From NCBI GenBank assembly GCA_964199315.1, contig OZ116708.1, forward strand, positions 9,238,001 through 9,302,000: a stretch of DNA of 64,000 nt, given 5' to 3'. This stretch comes from Orbicella franksi. Lineage: Eukaryota. Below are positions 11,701-23,011 of the stretch, one piece after another. The first letter of the stretch is position 1; each line of letters opens with the position of its first letter. A program made the translations under genes and the position numbers. The notes below the pieces were generated by a model. That model did no database searches. It was given only the letters and a program-made list of their open reading frames with translations, and was not told where the DNA came from.

Positions 11701-13828
11701 ATGACTATACTGACTATACTGGACAATCGAGTTGGCGGGTGTGGCCTATCCAGTTTTGGCATTATTTTGAAGCTTATAGCAACAAAATGTCTTTTGAATA
11801 TATTTCATTTATTACACGTTATGGTTTTTGCAAACCTCGCCGAGAAAAGTGGCTTGACTTCAGCGCCCTTCTCTTAGTATACATTTTAGGCCAGAACAGT
11901 GCAGTTTTTCCCTCCTGCTGTATCTCAGAGGCGTCGCCTCGTTAGCAGGGATGTGCAAGTGCAAGGGTAAATAGACATAAAAAAGACAAACTGATAGTCA
12001 ACTGGTGAATACAGTGGGCTCTGGCTCAGGAATCGTATGCTAAGGTTTACCAGAACCCAACTCAGTGCCAGATGATGAATGCACTAATGATAGAAGAGTT
12101 CTACTCCGTGTCAAATGGAGAATGATGTTTGTGTAACTGGCTTTAAGTACCTTATGTCGACGTTCATCAGATCCCAACTTGAAACCAGCTAATGTTGATT
12201 TGTATGAATTCTGCTTTTTGCCTGAATATGGTCCTTTTCTCTGACGCACCTGTTTTACAACCTTCTTAAGGTTCAGGTTAGCTTTGGGTAATATCTCCTG
12301 GTTATCAGCTTCAGAAGGTTTGTGAGACATGGTGCCAGCACCTTTAAACTCTGGTGATGCTTTAATCACTTGGTCATCCATATGAGGACTCTGGTTGGTT
12401 AATTTCACATTAGTCCCATGTGCGGACACTAGTGATCCATGTGACTGCGCGTGTCTAACTTGAGAAGAACGATGGCCAACATTCTGTAATGCTTCACTAA
12501 GAGAAGCTAATAGACCTGGTCTTGATTTCAGAAGATGTACAACTTTCTTAGAAAGATGTTTTTCCAAATTGGTGCTCTTAAGTGGTTTGCTCAAATCAGG
12601 TGAAGTGAACATATCTTTGTTTTTAATTCCTTTTTGGGTACCCCTAGACAGGGGATTATAAGATGGTTTGTTCCTAGCATATGAACCAGTTCCAGTAAAA
12701 TCATCTGTGGTCCCCTCAGTTCTGTGCTTGACAGAGTCTGAAGTTAACCCAGGAGCAATATTTGCCTCCTTGGGATATCTTGATGGTAGAGAATTCCCTG
12801 CAGGTAAGACAGAAAAATAAAACTTTCACAAACCACCTGTACAATATTCATACAAGTGTAATGACTGGGGAACGATATAAAGATCTAATCAATTTTCATC
12901 TGAGTATGTAGAGTGAGTGACTCACATTTAAATGTTTACATTGCTTAGCTTAGTGTTGGTCTAAATAAAACTCATGGACTTCATCTAGCAATCAACAGCG
13001 TTTTTAACTCAGTCACACACACTTTCCATTTTTCATTGGCGGCGTTGTTTTTTGGATGAGATCAGAACTTGGGCATTTGCATTTTTTGTTCTCAGCTAGA
13101 GGTATTTGACCAACTTATCTGTCAACACCGAGGAATTTGCTTTTACTTGAAACATATGCTAATGCTTGGGGCTCTATTTGACTGGATTGACTGATGTATA
13201 ATCGACGCCTAGCATTTTGTTGGCTTACTCGACAAATGCTTTGATACTAGTCAAACCCAAAGTCACACTTAATCTTGAGACGAGACATTATCTATGACGC
13301 CCAGAGAAAGGAAACCATGAGAGCGCCACAGTAACTTGTTGGCTGTCAGACTTTATTTCGAACAGTGCCTAAATTGGTGCAACCTGTAAATTCAACCATT
13401 TGCGTATATTGAATAAAGTGCTATGTAAAGAAAATTAATATCCATTTTGATTTTGGTCCATTTGGCACACACTTAGGTCATACAAACCACCCAGGTCAAC
13501 ATAGTGCCCAAAATGGCGGACGTTCATGAAGTCATTTCCGTTGTTGTAATCTACTTAAAACGTAAGTATAATCAAAAAAACCAACATTTTTACCTATAAC
13601 GCATCATATTCTCTCATCCAAAAGACTTGTTTATATTTTCCATTTTCTTTCTTTCTTTTTTTTATTTTTAGCCTTCCTTTTTCCTTTAAAGTTTTATTCG
13701 TCGCAAATTTGATTTTAACAGAAATATTTGTTTCTCGGAATTTAAATAAAAAAGTGGACATGAATGGCAGGTTGCAATTGCTCTGTCCTTCAATAATTCT
13801 GTCTTAATTTTTCCATCAACTCTTAATA

Positions 13829-13861
<33 letters not shown>

Positions 13862-13907
13862 TAGGGAGTAATCGCGCGAGTGATTTCGAAATCGGACAAG
13901 CGCGAGA

Positions 13908-13954
<47 letters not shown>

Positions 13955-14259
13955 GTCCACTTAATTCCGGAATTAAAAATGCCTTTAGAGAACTTCTATT
14001 GAGTGAAAACGTCTGTAACTCTTTTCAAAAGTTTTGAAAACTGTAGGAAACAGTGCCAAGGAAACCATTAAAGCGCCGTAATTGACGTGCGAATCACGTG
14101 GGTATCCAATTACAGGTGTTCAATTACGAAACTCAAATTGGATACCTATACTTGGACACCCACGCGATCGCGCGCCGCTTACGTGACAAACAGCCGCGCG
14201 GAGAACCAATCACAATCGAGAATTTTGTTAAAGATACGATTATAATAATAATAATAATA

Positions 14260-14295
<36 letters not shown>

Positions 14296-15135
14296 ATTCT
14301 AACGCGTTTATCTTGGCCATACGCGAGATTCTACTCTCGATAAACTGAAAAGAAATAGCACTGCTAAGCAAAGTTATCGATTTTGATATACTTATTTAAG
14401 GCCAAGATAAGCCATATTTTGCTTTGCGAAATCGGGGACAAGTTCCGTGGCTTTAGAATACAGCTACTAAATACATATTAATTTATTTCAACAAAATACA
14501 TTTTGCTTCGCAGATTGACGCTCTAACCTTTAATAAATAATGTATCCAATTTCTCATTTCCGAGTAAAACTTAAAAACAGTCCGTCATCTTCAAACAACT
14601 GGCAGATTCAGTGAAATATCTCGGGAAATGTCCGGAGAGCCGAACGTCAAAACTGGAGAGTTATTGGGTACCTTTAGAATTGAATTAAACGTTTTATGCT
14701 AATGATAATTTGAATTCAACTATTACGAAAGCTTGACAAGCTCAGAGTGAACTCAGATTGCATAGCGAAAAGTGTGTATGATCCAATTTCTGTGCCTAGT
14801 TATAAGAGGTCAATTCAAGCCAAGAGAAATTTATCTCAAAAAGAAGCAAAAGAACAGTACATCCCTCAAAGCTAAACAACAACAACAACAACAAAAACTG
14901 GACAAAACAAGAGGAAAGATGCATTTAAAACTTCAGAGTATTCCAGAAAGCAAACATTTCTTAGCTGCCGCTCGTGCGCGCTTTGCCAATAAACGCACGG
15001 TTTTACTTAGTGTAAAAAAGGTGTGCAAAATGGCGCAAAAGCTAATAAAGTATTGTAAAAGACGTAGAGATGTTATTTACCTGGAGCATTGAAGGCAAAT
15101 GTAAACGCAATCAAAACGATCCAAATCACTCTCAT
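5950..15135 (-). CDS. Gene A: uncharacterised type I single-pass membrane protein (~807 aa) with signal peptide, low-complexity basic then acidic ectodomain, TM helix, and cytoplasmic triple helical repeat ending in a CLC motif
   Basis: Phase-consistent exons: 15135-15081 (MRVIWIVLIAFTFAFNAPG, donor CAG|GTAAAT, phase 1); 12797-12151 (alternative donor 12051); 11221-10726 (acidic repeat); 9743-9323 (TM GISIALIAVPVFGGLFFLLLMITFCVFA, donor TG|GTAAGC, phase 2); 7688-7498 (WPIRKYYKEKYRRM...); 7055-6493 (donor GAG|GTAAGC); 6000-5950 (CLCHFHAKLLDRTKIM*). Total 2424 nt = 808 codons. The middle junctions are less certain. Confidence 0.65.
7958..8683 (+). mobile_element. 5'-truncated R4/Dong-clade non-LTR retrotransposon (CCHC knuckle + restriction-like endonuclease) inserted in a (TAA)n microsatellite, in an intron of gene A
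   Basis: CRICKQSNETISHIVSSC, KRRHDNVARAIHW, LLWDF, RRPD-[frameshift at ~8263]-VIIDK..IIDVAIP, KVEKYQDL, IPVVVGALG and ALLGSARILRKVL*. Flanked by (AAT)n on both sides. Confidence 0.9.
9900..10560 (-). mobile_element. Decayed Crypton-like (DUF3504/tyrosine recombinase-related) element in a gene A intron
   Basis: The minus strand at ~10170-10340 reads KEGKYAVSAIDDKKFYQARKCVEARSKRLKK-[fs]-QGKGNKSNAAEALTDDQVNILYEK, typical of ZMYM/QRICH1-like DUF3504 proteins. An imperfect palindromic end lies at ~9940-10015. Boundaries are approximate. Confidence 0.7.
10672..11221 (-). repeat. Coding tandem repeat of ~72 bp (24 aa) units, consensus ~W[DN]SGAPEDMDPESETDELSGSDTD, about 7 copies plus a decayed unit after the stop
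   Basis: The units are visible in ORF 10712..11200(-). The repeat continues past the in-frame TAA at 10712-10714 (SDTEGKSSAPENMNPESETDK). Confidence 0.85.
11581..11832. repeat. Direct tandem duplication, 131-bp period, 2 copies, in a gene A intron
   Basis: GACTATACTGGACAATCGAG begins at 11581 and 11712. The copies are nearly identical. Confidence 0.9.
13825..14240. mobile_element. Non-autonomous repeat with terminal hairpin, resembling cnidarian Crypton-type elements
   Basis: Inverted arms AGTGGAGTACAATTTAGGGAGTAATCG (~13846) and CGATTACTCCCTGAATTGTAGTCCACT (~13935). The family assignment is from recall only. Confidence 0.5.
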
Positions 15136-15597
15136 GTCATTTTCGAAGGTAAATCAGCGCTGCAAAAATACTGCGAAAATTTCCGAATGAAAACTGAGCT
15201 TTAACGTGACGTAATAAAGGTTAATAGTTAAACCTGACGATTAACTACTGATAATAAGCAATTAATGACGTTCGCGCTAATTGTTTCTGCGCATCCTCAC
15301 CGGGCACGCAAATTTACACGCCACGTCACGTCATGCATTGATGCGCGTGCTAAGTAATAAAAGAACAATGATAGAGCAGATGGCCATTGCTATGATAGCT
15401 TTGCCAACACAGCGGTCAAACGTCTGCGCATGTGCGAGCAATGGAGCAACTAAAACGCGGCTAAAATACTTTCATGACATTGTTCTTTGAGTGGGTCATC
15501 GGCATCCTATAAATGACATCCTCGTTATTTATATATTTGTTTTCGTTTTAGCCTGTACAACGAGAGCTAGCAAAAATAAGAGTTAAAAATTGTTCTA

Positions 15598-15947
15598 CCT
15601 TCTGCTTGTTGTAGGTCTTTGTTTTCCGCGGTATGTATTTTCCGTGCTCTTTGAATTTTTTGTCCGCCTCGACTTTGCATTTAGTGCACCAGTTTTCCCA
15701 GGTTTGTAGTATAGACAAAATTTTCCCACCTGGTCAAAGACCTGGTACAGGCGGTTTGGGATCGGTATTTTGGCCAGCTATGCCCCCATGACGATGGACA
15801 TGAACATCGTTTGTCGTTTCGATTCATCTCGTTCCTGTGGTTCAGACAAATCCTGGATCCGGATGGAATCCCCACAGTCCTTGCCAAAATTTTTCCAGCT
15901 CGTCTGAGCGAAGCTAAATCACTGCAATTGCTTGTTTCTTCTCCCAT
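15598..15947 (-). pseudogene. Frameshifted Cys/His-rich ORF, probably the zinc-binding N-terminus of a decayed DNA transposase
   Basis: Across two frameshifts it reads MGEETSNC...GIPSGSRICLNH...KRCSCPSSWGHS/..IPIPNRLYQVFDQVGK..YKPG/NWCTKCKVEADKKF. Confidence 0.4.
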
Positions 15948-17511
15948 TTTTCCTTCTTTTACACACCGTTTGTCGCCCGTTTCCGGCGTCGCGTATCGTA
16001 TAATTAATAAAAACAAATAAAATATACTCCGCCGTCGGCTCGTAGCATCACACGGGTTTTCAAGACATAAACTTTTTTGGTAAAGCTCAAACAACACGGT
16101 AAATCAACAGAATCCCGGTAACTTAATGAACTTTGTGTATGAAAAGTCTTAAGTTTTCCTTTTAACTACTTTCTTTACCTTTTACAGACTTCTGTGAACT
16201 TTTCAATTTTTTTTTGTAAATTTTGCGTGACACCGGTTGCTTCCCATGTTTTCCTTTAAATTTTTGTGCGGGAAATTGGCGCGCGGCTGCCAAAAAATGT
16301 ACCCATTTGCGCATGCCCGACGTTTGACCGCTGTGTTAGCTTTGCCTGGATTTAACGATCTTGGACGTTCGGTCACCCCTATTTATCTTTTGATGGATCA
16401 TTTCCTCTACCGATTTCTACGTTTAGCGAAAAAATGAAGAAAATCTATCGATTAGAAGTTTGAATTTTTTTGCAAAATGCACTATCGAATTCCGTGCTTT
16501 TTAGCTCTTTGTTTATCTGTGCGGCGGTTTCAAATGCCTCTTGAAGGGTTAAGTTTTGTGAAAACGTGTGTTGGCAACATTTTAAATTATTTACGCAACA
16601 GACCCACTTCTACAAAATATGACTTAGATCGTTTGCCTCCGGTGACTCACCTTCGATATTTTTAATTATAGACCCCTGTAGACCATGTTGAATTACGTGC
16701 GCCAAGTTTTCAAAATCAACGTAGTTTTCCACATGCTTTATCCCTGAAACGAGGACGGTGACCACCAATTTGATGCATTTTAAGCATGGGAGACATTGCA
16801 GACAAACTCTTTTATTTGGGTTTTGCTATTCAAGACTAATCCAGTGCTATTTTCAAGGGTTGGCTGTTGAACAAAACTTTGTTATTCGGCTTGTTAATTT
16901 TATTATTGCTTGATGCGAACAAGTAATAAATAGAATGTGGAAATCAGCTTGCAAAAGTTGATACTAAGCGCGTTACAGTCTGCGCTACACAATGAATGGT
17001 TACCATTTGTAGCCAAATTTAGACTAAGTATTGGGTTCAGCAGATACCATCTGATTGTTCTATATATAGAAATTTTGTATTTAACATCGCTACACTTGGA
17101 TCATTTTAACATGTTTTCTTCTTATGTGGAACTAAAATTATCAGTCGATAAATGTGAGTCCCTTTCAAATATAATCCGGCCATGTTTAAAAAAAGGCATA
17201 AATCAAAACCAATATGCACACTGGAAAATAAACTCACCGAAAAGCTTATTTTGAATAACTACGATTATATAAGCATAGGACTTGTTATCGGAATATTGAT
17301 CAATAAGATAAATGATGAGTAAACACCCTGGATGTCAGTATTTCAATGTAAGTTTATTGACTTTTTGAAGTTTGTTTTTGTTTTTGTTTTTCTTTTTTTA
17401 ACTCAAAAACGAATCGCTCGAACTTTAAACAATTAAACCAGCACCATCCCCTTAAAATCATATTAAACCGGGTTAAAAACACAGACTTCAAAAAAGACGG
17501 ATCATACAAGT

Positions 17512-18728
17512 TTACATGAAACGAGCAAACACGTCGCAGCAAGATGTTCCATCGTTGTCGCTTTCACTGCTATTCACTAAATCTTCACCATACCACAAGC
17601 GTAGCACTTGTCCTGAGGTAACGGTCAGGGGACTGGAGAACACAGACAGAACGAGCTCAGGAGACAGTGAATTATATCCAGGAATCTTGGACCACTTAGT
17701 GCCATGCGTGATGAATTGATTCGGAGGCAAAAGAACGCCATTAATAGAAGTTGTTATGGCAACATTGACATGATCACTCAAGCTGCTATGTGCACCACAA
17801 CCCCAGTAAGACCAATGGTAGACTTTGTTCTTGTCGCACGTGACGTAACCATGCAGATGAACAAGTTTAACTGCCAACAAGCGGCCACCTGCTGGAACAG
17901 AGAACTTGCCAAACTGGTCGCCTTTCGCGCCAAAACACACCGGGGCTGTGTCAGTAAGCTTGATCCAGGGGTCTATAAAACAGTTACTCAATGTGTTACG
18001 GACTTAGACATGAATTCCTTCACGAAATTTTAATTTTCAATTGGGCCTGTTTTCAAAACTTGGTTCAATGAAAATTTTATTCACAATGCACTTCACGATG
18101 CTCCAGTCTGATGGGCCACAGACTGGAGCATCGTGCTATTTTTATTTGTAACTTACTCAATAACAATTTCTGCCATGCGGTACCAATCTCATTTAATAGC
18201 AATTTTCACAGTTATAATACCAGGTCTATAGAAACAACATCTGCAAATATACAGCCAATAGAACCTGGCGTCACTGGTCTTCAATTAACTTCTGTTCAGA
18301 AATATGGAATAGATTAGACATTTCATTAAGGGATGCAGAGTGGCTGACTTCATTTAAACGTGGCTTGTCTAAAGCCGTTTTATGATCGTTTTTTATTGGT
18401 TTTCTTCTAACTTTTGTGTATGTATTCTTAGATTTTTTTAATTCATATCGTTTTTTTATATTTTATATTTCTCAATTTGTTGTTATATTTATCTAGGTAA
18501 TGTTTTTGAGGACCCTTCTGTAAACCACTCTACTGTGATGTTGATATCCCCATTAAAGATTACTACTACTACCGTGGCTACGACGATGACAACGACGGCT
18601 AAGTGTCCCAATATAATAAAAATTGTTTATAAATGACAATTTAAAATATTCAGTTGAGCGAGAAATTAAACTGAAAAGCAATTAAAATCACGAAATAAGG
18701 AATTGTCAAAGAAAATCACGACGGCTTG

Positions 18729-18772
<44 letters not shown>

Positions 18773-19365
18773 TTTTATTACTTCTTTTCTTTCTAATCCA
18801 CGACATACACCGAAATTGTAAAGTATATTTGATACGGAGCAACAAAGTTGATTTCGTCGAGGTTTGATGATTCATATTAACTGCAACGAGTCGTTGTCTC
18901 TCAGATTGCCGCCGCCTAAATTAAAAAAATCCGGCTTTTGGACCATTATCTGTTTAGCTTAGTTTGATTCTATTTTTGTTTCAACGCTTTCCCAAGTGTC
19001 GCGACTTCCCTGCCAAAGTAACTCTTACGGATATAGCACTATGGATAAAGGATAAATTTGTCCAATTGAATGAATGATAATAATAAAAAAAATTATAAAA
19101 ACACCAACACAGATCACAAATAAATTAACCAACAAATCGCTCCTTTACCTTTGGCTTCATTCTTGTCCAATCGTTCTTTCAGCATTTCCACTTCTTTCCT
19201 CAGCGAAGAGACCTGTGCATCGTCCCCTCCCGAGTTACAAACCTGGTGCATTACAATCTTGCCATCATCCACTGGTACGGGTTTCTTCGTATCGGTCTGA
19301 GTGGTTTTCGCAGCAAGCGTGCCGAGGAAACAACTGGCCAGGAGTAAGAGGGAGCTTGACTTCAT
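17512..19365 (-). CDS. S1: secreted protein (225 aa) with signal peptide, short coiled coil and C-terminal Cys-containing globular domain (PWIKL..VCFGAK...WYGEDL...CCDV); function unknown
   Basis: Exon 1 is 19365-19149 (donor AAG|GTAAAG, phase 1). Exon 2 is 17972-17512 (acceptor TTTTATAG|AC, GAC = D). AATAAA lies on the minus strand at 17353-17358. A paralog is at 24854-26173. Confidence 0.85.
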
Positions 19366-22300
19366 GTCGAGTGAAAAAAAAGTCGTTTAGTATTCAGGCA
19401 CTAAAACTCAGCGCACCGCTGTCAACGCTGATAGGGAATGTTTTGTTCACAAACTTTTACGCGACGTTTACCCAAATGTTTGATCGTGTATAAACAGGAA
19501 CTGTTTATTTTTTGGACGTTTGTGAACTGAACCCGTGACGGTCATGGATCTATTGTAAAACACGTGAAGGTTGGGTGCATGATGGCTTCGTGACGGACCC
19601 GTGACGTCCCGAGTTTCCTGTACGGTATTGGGAAGTTTTGCAAAACAAATTCTGAAAACTGTTAAATTTTTTCCGAAATAATATCGTTTAGCTGGAAACT
19701 CCATAAGTTGAAGGAGCATAATCAAATGCAAAGGAAATTTCCGGTAACAAAATTCTTGGAGCTTCACCAGTTTGTCTTTCTTTTCAAAATTCTGAAAATT
19801 GCATTTCCATTGGCACCTGGAATTTCAATACGACAGTAAAACCAGAAAATTTTTGGACGAAAGGAGAGTGCTAGAAGATTAGCACAGGAAGACTGGAGAA
19901 TTCGCAATGCAAACATATGAAGTTTAAGCATTTAAACTGTGGTTAATGAGCTCCAAAGTCTTCATCATAGTTGTCATCTAAGGTTGTCACCAATTGTGTT
20001 ACCTTCCCCCTATTAGCCATTGTGCAATAGCCTTAGGTCAATATCCAAAGTAACGCAATCGTTTTACCATATGGGAAATCATACGACAAAGCTCCCAGTG
20101 ATTTTCCACCATGCTCTCATGTGATTTCAGTGTGCTATACCCCTCCCAACTCCTTCAATCCCCAGCTAGTAAAATCCCATTGTTTTCCGACCCTGTCCCA
20201 ATTGTGAGCTAGTATTCCAGCTAGGCCGTTTTCTGCTTTCCCCTCCCTCCCTCCCTGTATTGGTAGCGGGCACGCAAGCGGCAAAAACTGGAAGTATCGC
20301 CTTACGCAGAGAGTTTTGTCTGCGGGTAGCGATGGCGTGAGTTCCTGTCATATAAAGTGTTTGTCGGTTGTCATCTCTCTTCCTCTGAGACATCTGAAAT
20401 GTGTTGTTATCAGATCTGTGTCCAACCTATTTACCGCGTAAGGCCTTGTGGTTAAAAATAGGATTGCCATGGCGCCAATGAAAGCTTTCGCGCTCTTCAC
20501 TCGCGTTATCAACGACGATGCATGTATTGTACTTGGCACCAGGCAAATACTGGTAAGTCCTAAGTAGCATGCAGTATTTTTAGAGAAAGCCACGGTCATT
20601 TCTTCAAGTCTTCAAGTCAGTCTTGTTGAGTTTCCCCTATGAATTTAGAACTGAAGAAGATCTGAAGAAAATCACTTCGGCTGGCCGATGGAGACAGTTA
20701 TGACGGTAAGGCCTACTTTGAATAAATACTTCGACATTGCAGCTTCGTCACTTGGTTTGCTGGCCGTCTTTGTTTCGCCAACAGCTAGAAAAGAACCCAC
20801 CGTCGCGCGCAAAATTGTGCATTTGCACTTTGAAAATTATGCGATGACGTTTGCAAATGCCTTGTCCAGTGAACACGCCAACACAGGTGGATAACAAAAA
20901 GGTCAACGATTATGGATCGTAATGGCATTGCCAGCAAGTGGAACGAGAGATCGCGTTTGCTCCGAGGTCTTGCCAAATCTGCAAGCTAGGTAGCTTAATG
21001 TTTTGTTCATCAGAACTGGTGGCTGACCCAACTCAAACAGTTTGATGTAACGCGAGAAAAATAATCAGACGGCTTAATGTTTTGTTCATCAGAAGTGGTC
21101 CACTTCATACAGTTCGATGTAACATAGCCTGAATTGTCATGTAATTATAACGCGGCGTTACCGGTAATCATTTGCTAACGGATCAGGCATGCTCCAATAG
21201 CGAGCAACTGGATCTAGGGAAAAGTTTTCAAGTTACCGTATTTACTCGAATAAGCGCCGCGGCGCTTATTTATTTTTTCGTGTCTCCGGTGCGGCGCTTA
21301 TTTAAAAGGCTCATACCACAAAGACAAAACTACTTCATGAGTGTTTTTCATGGCTAAAGGCTTGAAGCTCACCTAACTTTTGACTTTCATAAAAGCCTCA
21401 TGAATACTTTTCTGCAGTTAGGATATTAATTCAATTTTTAACAATGTAACAATGTGTATAGAGGGCCACAAGTTCATTAGTTTTTTAACTATTAAGTGCT
21501 ACCCTCTTTAAATAAAGTTTGATTGATTGATTGATTGCAGACTTAGCCCTTCGTTTATACATATGAAGTCGCCTTTTCTCCAATCCTTTCGCAATTCTGT
21601 TGCTTCAATGTTTCGTCGGGCATGTTTTAAAAACACCAAATCATCCACTTTGAACTGTTTTGAGTCTTAATGGTACCGTCCATCTCGTGTGTAGATAAAG
21701 TAGTACTTAGAAATGAATTTATCATCATTATCGTCCGTCACACAAGAAGCCCAAACGAATAAAGAAACTATTGTTTTTGCGTGAAACAAGAACACCCGTC
21801 GATTACATTTTGATAACGTTGGCCCTTGTATGTCTTGTAGTTCCCTCTTGTCATATTTATTCTACTTCATCTAGTGTCCTTCAGATCTAATGAAATTTAT
21901 ATGACAGTAAAACAGATTACAACACCTTGCCCAGCTCACCTGGGGTTAGGTGTGTTCGCAATGCTAGGAAACTTTCCTAGCATTCCTTTGTGGTACTTCC
22001 AGTTTTCGTCGCTTGCGTCCCCGCCTACGGTGAGTTGTAATTACCTTTCGTGAGAAAGTGGCTTTCGCCTGCTGAACCTTATCGGTTTATTCACCGCCAC
22101 GTTCTATTTCTTATATTGTGTGTAAACCATAGCTGCTTAGTCAATAAAGGTTTTTGGTGGCAGGGAAGTGCAACCTAGGCTGCATCTGACCTATTGTCCT
22201 CCAAAAAGGGCATCCCTCTTCTGGTCCATCCTATGTTACCCCCTAACATACGTTCCCCTAGAGACGCTGTTACTCTAAGGGAGAAGGCTCTGTCTTCCTT

Positions 22301-22977
22301 GCCACCCATGTTTTGACACTACAATCACTATTTTTGTTTCTGTTTCTTGCATCTACCCAGCAGAGGGGTGGAGGGGGAGGCAGAGAGTTGCAGTGTTGTT
22401 ACCCATATAAATTTCCTTCTAGTGTGGCCAAGGAGCCAAATTATCCTCGCTGGTACTGTTACATCTGCCCCTCGCCCTGTGTGGGCGTGGGTTTAATATA
22501 TTAAGTTGCACAGCAGCAGGGTCTCATTAATGAACCTGTTGATAAAAATTGACAGTTGATAAATTCAGATTACATATCGTATTGTTCGACGTAATTCGAA
22601 AAGCCCGGTTCTTGTAGTAGCAGGCTTTCTCTACCTTTGTTTCTCGCGCTTTTTCTATAGCTATTCATTCCCCGTTTACGCTTGCAACGCAGGCTAGATG
22701 CGTTCTTATTATGTGTTTGTCCGTAGGCGGAAATTTATGCGATACTGGATAGAGCACAATCCACACTTAAAATCTTCATTTAAAAGCTCAAATTAAAGGC
22801 ACTCCGCTGATCCTACAAAAATACAAAGGATAAGTTTCTCACTCTCCAAAACCAAAGATGACAAAGATGGCGAACTGCAACCATTCATAAACCACCCAAG
22901 AGCCTAATTTACTATAGTTTCCAGTGCATTTCGCTTCCACAGAGGGATAAATATATAAATATCTATTATTATTATTA

Positions 22978-23011
<34 letters not shown>

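Noticed and set aside
10672-11832. Regular repeats considered as a CRISPR-like array
   Set aside because: The context is eukaryotic, there are no unique spacers between identical repeats and no cas genes. These are a coding minisatellite and a simple tandem duplication.
20100-21000. ORF fragments in the S1-S2 spacer, considered as a DIRS/Ngaro or other TE relic
   Set aside because: I recognised no diagnostic RT, recombinase or transposase motif.
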